Positions 13,782 through 20,000 of a stretch of DNA of 20,000 nt are shown one piece after another. The DNA comes from an uncultured virus (IMG/VR IMGVR_UViG_3300027969_000078) (lineage: Duplodnaviria; Heunggongvirae; Uroviricota; Caudoviricetes). The DNA lies in IMG/VR virus record IMGVR_UViG_3300027969_000078; one strand, written 5' to 3'. The position numbers and the translations under genes were made by a program. The notes under the pieces are model-generated. The model was not told the origin of the DNA and made no database searches. It worked only from the letters and a program-made list of their open reading frames with translations. The number at the start of each line of letters is the position of its first letter. Positions within the stretch are counted from its first letter, which is position 1.

Positions 13782-14564
13782 CTAAGCATTCTCTGGTATA
13801 TCGTCGATGTACATATATTCTGGATTGAACGCCAACCAAGTCATTAGCGTTCCGTTTGCATCTGCTCTTCCATAGCGATTCTTGACTGCTGCAACGCCCA
13901 TTGATGTGCCAACAGTCCCGAGTGTGCATATGAGCGCAGGGAGTTGAGAGACTTTTCCTTGAATGGCGCTTCTTGGCTGACAAGGATTGCCTGGAACTGC
14001 CTCCGAAGTATGGTGTAGTACAACAATCGCTGCATTAGTTGCTCTCGCAAGGTACTTCAACTCCTTCATAATTGCTCTCATAGATGCGAATTCTTCTCCA
14101 CCATCGGTGGCAACATCCATGAGGTTGTCCAAGACGATGAGTGATGGGCTACATCCCCACAACTCCTCAAACGCTTGGACTTCCTCATCAATGTCTTCAA
14201 GTGTTGGTGACGATTCGAACGACCAGACTATATGACTTCCTTTTTGGAGGACTGCTTTCGTCCAACCAACATCAGTATTAAGTTTCTGCTCTACATCCGA
14301 TTGACTCTTCCCCGAAATCATGGATGCTAATCTCATAGCCATTGTGTGTGCATTGGTATCTGCTGATATGTACAATGTTGGCACGTTGGTCTTGAGTGCG
14401 AGCGCTAGGGCTAGTGTTGATTTACCAGCCCCAGGTGCGCCTGCAAACATTGAAACTTCTGAACGACGTATAATAATCTTGTTCTGTTCAAACGCCCTAA
14501 AAGAACTAGGGAGAGGTTCCCCTCCAATAGAGGCACGTCCGACCGAACGAACTAATGTTCTCAT
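13782..14564 (-). CDS. DnaB/RecA-fold replicative helicase
   Basis: Walker A GAPGAGKS, Walker B IVLDN, LHH, KNRYG arginine finger. Confidence 0.85.
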   Translation of the reverse strand: MRTLVRSVGRASIGGEPLPSSFRAFEQNKIIIRRSEVSMFAGAPGAGKSTLALALALKTNVPTLYISADTNAHTMAMRLASMISGKSQSDVEQKLNTDVGWTKAVLQKGSHIVWSFESSPTLEDIDEEVQAFEELWGCSPSLIVLDNLMDVATDGGEEFASMRAIMKELKYLARATNAAIVVLHHTSEAVPGNPCQPRSAIQGKVSQLPALICTLGTVGTSMGVAAVKNRYGRADANGTLMTWLAFNPEYMYIDDIPENA

Positions 14565-14608
14565 ATGGCACTCTCCCTAGTTAGTTTAGAATGGAAACTG
14601 TTCTTGTT

Positions 14609-15022
14609 CTAGTTGACTGGCTTGCATTGGTCCGCGCCCTGAGGCATCGGACAGACCCACATTGCGTAAGGATTTCCCGTCTTGCTGGAGATTCCCGACT
14701 TGTACTTGCGTGGGCCGTGTTGGCACGTCGGTCCGCCCTGTACTGGCGCTGCTGCTGCTGGAGCCATAGCGGATGGAGCCTGAGCCTGGGGTGGAGCGGA
14801 GGAGATGGATGGCGTTGTGCCTTGAGTTGAAGGCGATGTCGCTAAAGGGAGCGCTCCGTAAGCACCTACAATCAGACGTTGCACTGAGGCAACTTGATGA
14901 GAGTAGTCACCAATTCCCTCGAGTAATACGCTGAGTTCATCTGCTGATTGAGCACGCACGTTAATCATATCACCTGATGGTGTCTTATACGATACTTGTA
15001 ACTTCCAGTCTTCTGGCATCAT
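14609..15022 (-). CDS. Hypothetical protein with an A/P-rich linker and C-terminal Zn ribbon
   Basis: CQHG...WVCP...C; lies between the exonuclease and helicase genes. Confidence 0.75.
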   Translation of the reverse strand: MMPEDWKLQVSYKTPSGDMINVRAQSADELSVLLEGIGDYSHQVASVQRLIVGAYGALPLATSPSTQGTTPSISSAPPQAQAPSAMAPAAAAPVQGGPTCQHGPRKYKSGISSKTGNPYAMWVCPMPQGADQCKPVN

Positions 15023-15633
15023 TTATCCTTCTTGATAGAGAATTGGCAGTACTCGGTTAACCCGCACATGTACTGACAACTGTTTGTGTTGGGTAAGAAT
15101 AACCCAGCCTTTAGTGATTTGTCAAATGTTTCGATTAGATACTCCATCTTCTCATCGGTATACTCGGATAGGTCTACCATTTCAGAGACGTTGTTTCCAC
15201 GAGACATATAGTACGTACCCCACTTAACTTCGACACCGAAAGTCTTTTCGATACCTAGTTTGTAGAAGCCCAACTGCAGGCTACTGGTAGGGGTGTTCTG
15301 TGATGTCTTGAGGTCGACGATAACAAGTTCACCGTTGACTTCAAAGACACGGTCGATAATCATCTTGACCTTAACGTCCTTGACTACAGGGGTTAGGGCA
15401 AGTTCGATTCCTGGGTTGCCATCTGGTGCTGTCCAGATTTTCCAGTTAGGATTAGTTTTGCGCCATTGGATGTAACCATCTACCCAACGAGGGCCAGCAG
15501 TTTGCCAGAAGGTAACATCTTCTTTATTTGGGTTAGCCTTAGTGGCACGACCGCCAACACGTGCATTGGTTAAGTCGGTATCGCCCTTACACTTGTCCCA
15601 CGCTTCGAGCCATAGTTGCTGTACGTCGCTCAC
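15019..15633 (-). CDS. Cas4/RecB-like PD-(D/E)XK exonuclease, C-terminal part
   Basis: E...IDRV...IVDLKT, QLGFY, CQYMCGLTEYC; GTG start with AAGGAG RBS. Confidence 0.85.
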   Translation of the reverse strand: MSDVQQLWLEAWDKCKGDTDLTNARVGGRATKANPNKEDVTFWQTAGPRWVDGYIQWRKTNPNWKIWTAPDGNPGIELALTPVVKDVKVKMIIDRVFEVNGELVIVDLKTSQNTPTSSLQLGFYKLGIEKTFGVEVKWGTYYMSRGNNVSEMVDLSEYTDEKMEYLIETFDKSLKAGLFLPNTNSCQYMCGLTEYCQFSIKKDK

Positions 15634-15821
15634 ATTGTCTCCTTGTCGTAGTTTTCACACGCTAAGTGAAATGCTGAACCTCCGACAGACCATACTGAGG
15701 GAGACTCCTCCTTGTTGAGGAGGCGACCGAGGTAGTATTGGTAGCCACAGGTGAGATAGGTTGTAAACGCAGAGTAGGATATATGCTCTGGTAGGTTATA
15801 TTCTTCTAGTTTAATTGACAT
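15630..15821 (-). CDS. Cas4/RecB-like exonuclease, N-terminal part (63 aa)
   Basis: HISYSAFTTYLTCGYQYYL...GSAFH. Confidence 0.8.
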   Translation of the reverse strand: MSIKLEEYNLPEHISYSAFTTYLTCGYQYYLGRLLNKEESPSVWSVGGSAFHLACENYDKETM

Positions 15822-15827
15822 ATCGGT

Positions 15828-15857
15828 AGTATAAGCCTACAGTTGGTGATTTGTCAA
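15828..15857 (-). promoter_or_regulatory. SigA-type promoter of the replication operon (probably leaderless)
   Basis: TTGACA-N18-TATACT; the ATG starts 7 nt after the -10. Confidence 0.75.
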
Positions 15858-15869
15858 TTGTTTAAAGAT

Positions 15870-15897
15870 TTGACATTTGGTAATTGTCGTGTATACT
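15870..15897 (+). promoter_or_regulatory. Divergent SigA-type promoter
   Basis: TTGACA-N16-TATACT. Confidence 0.65.
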
Positions 15898-15912
15898 TAG
15901 TTATGTAAGTAA

Positions 15913-15954
15913 TTATATATAATATAAAGGCCTTCGGCCTTATATATAATATAA
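15913..15954. repeat. 15-bp AT-only direct repeats flanking a GC hairpin
   Basis: TTATATATAATATAA at 15913-15927 and 15940-15954, around AAGGCC-TTC-GGCCTT. Confidence 0.7.
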
Positions 15955-15986
15955 TAATATATTCATTATACATACGAAGGAGTACC

Positions 15987-16142
15987 ATGTCAAATTTCTT
16001 TGAGACGTTTGTAGCATCACTAGCAGGTATCACAGTATTCTACCTACTGGAATCGTTGTACTACGAAGTAAAGGCTCGCATCAATGGTCGCAACTTCATC
16101 AACTTCGTCGAAGACCTAGAGGATGAAACCTGGGATAAATAA
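15987..16142 (+). CDS. Small membrane-anchored protein (51 aa) on the opposite strand to its neighbours
   Basis: MSNFFETFVASLAGITVFYLLESLYYEVKARINGRNFINFVEDLEDETWDK; GAAGGAG RBS; own promoter; terminator follows. Confidence 0.8.
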   Translation: MSNFFETFVASLAGITVFYLLESLYYEVKARINGRNFINFVEDLEDETWDK

Positions 16143-16153
16143 CCCCCAGAAAC

Positions 16154-16207
16154 GACAAAAGAACCCCTCGCCATAGCAGAGATGCTAGGGTAAGGGGTTT
16201 TCTTGTC
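16154..16207. terminator. Probable bidirectional terminator between convergent genes
   Basis: Long imperfect hairpin GACAAAAGAACCCCT...TAGCA-GAGA-TGCTA...AGGGGTTTTCTTGTC. Confidence 0.7.
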
Positions 16208-16236
16208 TTAAAAGGGCCTTAGAAGGCTTATTTGGG

Positions 16237-16440
16237 CTACTTCTGGGAGCCTAGTCCAAATGAGTCGTCATTCTTATCTGCCCATTTGAGGGCTGGAGCG
16301 ACCAGAGCAGCGATTAGGGCTGAATACTGTGGTGCTAGGTCTGTTAGTAGTTGGACTCCTGAGAATACTGCAACTGCAGCAACACCAGTAGCCCAAGCCT
16401 TGATAGCCTTGACACGCTTAGGGGTGAGGAACTTCTTCAT
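16237..16440 (-). CDS. Putative holin
   Basis: Two hydrophobic segments, basic N-terminus, coupled to the endolysin gene. Confidence 0.7.
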   Translation of the reverse strand: MKKFLTPKRVKAIKAWATGVAAVAVFSGVQLLTDLAPQYSALIAALVAPALKWADKNDDSFGLGSQK

Positions 16441-16889
16441 ATGCTCTCCTTCTTCTTTGGTAGAGGCTTAACTGCTGCCTTAACCTTGTTGATGGTTTTG
16501 GGTTTTCCTAACCAAGGGAACCAAGGTGATGTATCATCGCCACAGTTGTCCTTGATTGATATATGTAAATGCTTGTTGTGCGGATTGCTACCAGTATAAG
16601 GCTTATCCCCTCGCAGAGGAATCCATATCTGACCCTTGAAGATTAAGTACTTAACTCGCTTATCGTTCTTGAGTTTTTCGTAGATGCTGGCGCAATCAAT
16701 GCCATGTGCAGGGTCATGCGTAAGGTCTACACCGAAGCCAGTATTGTGGTCACTATCAGGATTCTGATTTATATGAGCAGCAGAAGGCAGAAGCCCATCG
16801 CTGGCTTTGACCCGATTCGGTGATATAGCCGTTGCTTGACGCAGAACAGCAATTGCAGCAGGTGTGGCTTTCTTGGCTACAGGTTTCAT
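16437..16889 (-). CDS. Putative endolysin (Zn peptidase, M15-like)
   Basis: SDHNTGFGVD and HNKHLHIS metal-binding motifs; lysis-cassette position. Confidence 0.7.
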   Translation of the reverse strand: MKPVAKKATPAAIAVLRQATAISPNRVKASDGLLPSAAHINQNPDSDHNTGFGVDLTHDPAHGIDCASIYEKLKNDKRVKYLIFKGQIWIPLRGDKPYTGSNPHNKHLHISIKDNCGDDTSPWFPWLGKPKTINKVKAAVKPLPKKKESI

Positions 16890-16895
16890 TTGAAC

Positions 16896-17093
16896 TCATT
16901 TCTTTTGAATCAGTATTTGATAAAGAATTTCTACTTTTTCTTCGAGCCTAATGACCGAATCCTTTAGGCTTGAGCCTGAGTTGGGCTTTAATTCGTATAG
17001 GTAATGTTTAACCAACCATCTTACAGAAGCAGCGAATGCTGATATTACTGCGATGACAGATACGATTAGACTGGCCCAATTTGCTGCGGACAT
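16896..17093 (-). CDS. Small membrane protein of the lysis cassette
   Basis: N-terminal TM segment, PNSGSSLKD motif, coiled-coil-like C-terminus. Confidence 0.75.
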   Translation of the reverse strand: MSAANWASLIVSVIAVISAFAASVRWLVKHYLYELKPNSGSSLKDSVIRLEEKVEILYQILIQKK

Positions 17094-17111
17094 TAGTTGC
17101 GCTCCTAGGAG

Positions 17112-19376
17112 TTATACGGTACGGACGGTGATTTGAATTGCTCCACCAAAGCCATCAAAGCGCTTATCTGGTGGGGTTAGACGGGTAAATGTTACTTGCT
17201 CTATGACTGCCTGACGTGATTCACCAGTAGTCAAATCTTGCCATGTTACTACGTCTCCATTTGCTTCGATGTTTTCGAGTGCTCGAATCTTATCGAAGGC
17301 TCTGCCCTCGTATCCTAGCAACACGTTGTATCTATCTGTCTCAATGTCGAAACAGTAAACAGGGAACTGGATTATACGTTGACGCGGTGTAGCAATAGTA
17401 GCCTTTGCTTGGTAGCCCTTAAACTGTGGCCCCTTGGTAGGGTCTGTTGCATCTCGGTACATAATAAACTTGTAGGCTATGTACTCTTGAGCAGATGATG
17501 GAGATGACGTGGTAACCTCTGGTGCGCCAACTGATGCATCGTATGAGATAATGTCATATATAGTACCATTTTGGTCTACTGTATTAAGAGTCATTGAACC
17601 GTAAGTGAAATCGCCACGACCAAGAAGACGCTTGAAGTTCTTCTTTTCGAGTGTGTTGTAGCGGATATTGCCTGTAGTTAGGTAACCATTGTTGATTAGT
17701 GTAGATGGAGATTCGACATATGTTGAACCAGGACTTTGAACTCTGGCAAGTGCTGATGATACGGCGGTGGATGCTACATTTGCGCCAGTTAGAGCGTACG
17801 TAAATGTAGTCGTTGTTGGTGTTGCTGTAACCGTAAATGGGCCAGGTGTAGGTGCTTCGCCACTATTAAAAACAGAGCCGCTTGCTGCGGCAACTCCTTC
17901 AATCCAGACAGAATCGCCAACGGCTAAGCCATGAGCAGTAGATGTAGTAAGAGTTACGACACCACTTGTCTTAGCCTTATTGGTAATCAAAGTTCCCTTT
18001 GTTATACCTTGAACAGTAAATGCTATCTGGTCGGTTCCATCTATGAAAGCACAAGATGTTGTATTACGTCCAGTTGCCCCTGGATAGTATACATCGTTAG
18101 CGTAAGCAAAGATTAGGGTATCAATCTCGGTTCCGAGGTCAATACGAATTAATCCTGGCTCACCATCTACAGATGTGGCACACCATACAAAGCGGTCACG
18201 TGCAGCAAAGTCATAGCATGGCTGGTCTGTCTTTACGAACAATGGGCCGTATGTAAGAGAACCATCTTGGTCATTTACTTGCGCCACTCGGATACCCTTG
18301 TTGGTTCCGATAAGCATAAATCCTAGGTAGTAGAAAATCTTATAACAGATTTCACCAACTGGGAGTTCTGCTGCTACTACGGCAGCATTAAGCGTAGGCA
18401 TTACACCATTGCTTCCAAGGGTAAACTTCTGAATTGTAGACTGAATACCATTGTATCCTGAAATATAAATTGCTGGTCCAGATGCTGTAACAGACGTATA
18501 AACGTGAGTAGTTGTAGGGTGAGTATACACTGCAGTTGGATGCGCAGAAGCAGATGTAGAGAACTCATAAACTTTATTATCTGCACACATTACGATACGG
18601 TCTTTAACATATTCCATTGTAACATTAGTTACAGCGCCAACTTCATCAAACATTTTTGTTTCAGCGTCAGATGATGTTAGAGTTAGCGCTTTTTTGTAGA
18701 CGGTCTTTTTTGTCGCTTTATTGGTAACCCAATAGGCAAAAGTTCCATCATCACAGATTGCGTATACTGGAGTATCTGTTCCAGTATTGTAGTCAATAAA
18801 GTGAGTCTCTGCACCACTAGCGTCAATTTTATCTACATCATAACCATCGTGCATTAGCACGCCCTTGCTGCCATTGTATTCAATAGAACGAACGAACTGC
18901 CAAGGGCGACCGTTAGGTTGTAGAGATTCCGTTGTGATGTGTCCTGGTGTTACCGCTTTAAGAAGCGTTGCCTGTCCGTCGGTCCAGACATCTACACCCT
19001 TGCTATCGGCAAAGCGATAGTGTCCGAACTCATCAGATGTTTGAGGGTCGAAGTAAGTAATGCCTGTGCCACCGTGAAAGGATGACTGCGAACGAATCCA
19101 CCAACCAGTTAGAGATTGCTCTCCTGGTTCTGTTTGGTTATCGAACTGCTCCTTACGGAAAGGTGCTGTCTGTCTAACATATGGTCGTGCATCATTAATA
19201 GCGTAGATAAATGGAAGTCCACCGATGGCTACATCGTAGTTTACATCCGTGTTCTGCCAGATTGCACCGTCGGAGACGATACCAATATCTGTTGCAATCG
19301 CTCTTCCGAGCGAGGGATTATCGGGCGTTGGTCCTGCTTTATCGCCACGACCTTCGGTAATATCTCTACCTGCCAA
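17112..19376 (-). CDS. Virion structural/tail protein (754 aa)
   Basis: Large beta-rich T/S/G-rich protein upstream of the lysis genes; GGAGG RBS; TTG start. Confidence 0.65.
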   Translation of the reverse strand: MAGRDITEGRGDKAGPTPDNPSLGRAIATDIGIVSDGAIWQNTDVNYDVAIGGLPFIYAINDARPYVRQTAPFRKEQFDNQTEPGEQSLTGWWIRSQSSFHGGTGITYFDPQTSDEFGHYRFADSKGVDVWTDGQATLLKAVTPGHITTESLQPNGRPWQFVRSIEYNGSKGVLMHDGYDVDKIDASGAETHFIDYNTGTDTPVYAICDDGTFAYWVTNKATKKTVYKKALTLTSSDAETKMFDEVGAVTNVTMEYVKDRIVMCADNKVYEFSTSASAHPTAVYTHPTTTHVYTSVTASGPAIYISGYNGIQSTIQKFTLGSNGVMPTLNAAVVAAELPVGEICYKIFYYLGFMLIGTNKGIRVAQVNDQDGSLTYGPLFVKTDQPCYDFAARDRFVWCATSVDGEPGLIRIDLGTEIDTLIFAYANDVYYPGATGRNTTSCAFIDGTDQIAFTVQGITKGTLITNKAKTSGVVTLTTSTAHGLAVGDSVWIEGVAAASGSVFNSGEAPTPGPFTVTATPTTTTFTYALTGANVASTAVSSALARVQSPGSTYVESPSTLINNGYLTTGNIRYNTLEKKNFKRLLGRGDFTYGSMTLNTVDQNGTIYDIISYDASVGAPEVTTSSPSSAQEYIAYKFIMYRDATDPTKGPQFKGYQAKATIATPRQRIIQFPVYCFDIETDRYNVLLGYEGRAFDKIRALENIEANGDVVTWQDLTTGESRQAVIEQVTFTRLTPPDKRFDGFGGAIQITVRTV

Positions 19377-19406
19377 GGTATACCTCCACTACTAGAAAGA
19401 ATTAGT

Positions 19407-19434
19407 TGAGCAGTTTTAATCCATACTCAGGGAT
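19407..19434 (-). ncRNA. Compact H-type pseudoknot in the intergenic leader
   Basis: Minus strand AUCC-C-UGAGUA-U-GGAU-UAAAAC-UGCUCA. Confidence 0.5.
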
Positions 19435-19448
19435 AAACATTGTTTGAA

Positions 19449-20000
19449 CTACGAAGTTACTACTGCTTTTGTTAGAACAATAGACCCAGGACCAGTTACT
19501 GGTGTAACTGGAGTAAGTTTGCTTGTGCGAGGATATGTGCTGCTTATGTCAAAGTAACCCAACAGTACGCTACCGCTTCCGTTATTAGTGAGAACTGGTT
19601 TACCAAAAACGGGGCTTTGAGGCCCAGTGTATGAGTTCCAAGTAACTCCACCGTCTGTGGATGTTTTATACGCACCGCTTGCGCCATCATCACCGCCGCC
19701 TGCGATTGCAATAGTGCTACCAACCTGAGTGGCTAAGCCAAAATCTCCAGAAAGACCTACGCTGCTTGTATTTATCCAAGTACCATTTAAGGTTGCGCAC
19801 CTAAAAACAGTACCATCGCTAGCAATGTAAACATATGAACTAGCAAGATATGTAAAGAAAAACGAACCAGGGAAACTAAACGGAGGAAATAGCCCGCTAG
19901 AAACATACTGTGTCCAAGTGCCACTGGTTGGGTTTGCGTTAGAGTTGGTCCAGAATGTGATTGTTCCAAATGCAGGCCTGTCGGTAATTATCCATACCAT
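19449..20000 (-). CDS. Tail fibre/receptor-binding protein, C-terminal part
   Basis: G/S/T-rich; BNR/Asp-box-like STDGGVTW; the ORF is open at the window edge. Confidence 0.6.
   Translation of the reverse strand: MVWIITDRPAFGTITFWTNSNANPTSGTWTQYVSSGLFPPFSFPGSFFFTYLASSYVYIASDGTVFRCATLNGTWINTSSVGLSGDFGLATQVGSTIAIAGGGDDGASGAYKTSTDGGVTWNSYTGPQSPVFGKPVLTNNGSGSVLLGYFDISSTYPRTSKLTPVTPVTGPGSIVLTKAVVTS

Noticed and set aside
15052..15092. Partial palindrome (TCGGTTAACC) near a minus-strand CCAACACAAAC
   Set aside because: Only 10/14 and 10/11 matches, within codons for the Cys-rich C-terminus; plausibly chance, though worth rechecking with a PWM.
15019..15821. Cas4-like gene as evidence of a CRISPR-Cas system
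   Set aside because: No array or other cas genes; stand-alone Cas4-like nucleases are common in phage replication modules.
143..19969. Many antisense or alternate-frame ORFs in the track (e.g. 143-379, 1219-1503, 3911-4183, 5916-6128, 7578-7964, 12463-12765, 14591-14830, 16232-16471, 19116-19409)
   Set aside because: They shadow well-supported genes and lack RBSs or recognisable motifs.

Overview
This window is about 20 kb of a tailed dsDNA bacteriophage genome. The host is very probably an actinobacterium, based on WhiB, an actinobacterial-type SLT protein, an FmdB-like Zn ribbon, a split primase and a probable leaderless mRNA. There are four parts. (1) 1-2939 (-): packaging genes, namely portal N-terminus, two small basic paralogues and terminase. 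(2) About 2940-3670: a non-coding divergent region with many hairpins, a perfect CRP-type box and a G4-capable tract. (3) 3678-10035 (+): an early/host-takeover arm with SigA-type promoters, many coupled micro-ORFs missing from the ORF track, an amidoligase plus class II glutamine amidotransferase pair, WhiB and an SLT protein. (4) 10040-20000 (-): a replication/regulation operon (sigma factor, metallophosphoesterase, HNH, DUF1599-like, split primase, resolvase, helicase, split Cas4-like nuclease), then lysis and tail genes. The most striking unexplained signal is two dispersed motifs confined to the early arm: 8 copies of the 14-bp palindrome TTCGGTTAACCGAA and 5 co-oriented copies of (C)CGACACAAAC. 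Also notable are a promoter-driven tRNA-like mini-RNA, acidic 37-aa microproteins, a compact pseudoknot upstream of a tail gene, and apparent absence of GATC and AGCT with near-absence of CCGG. All product calls come from reading motifs by eye; no database searches were run.
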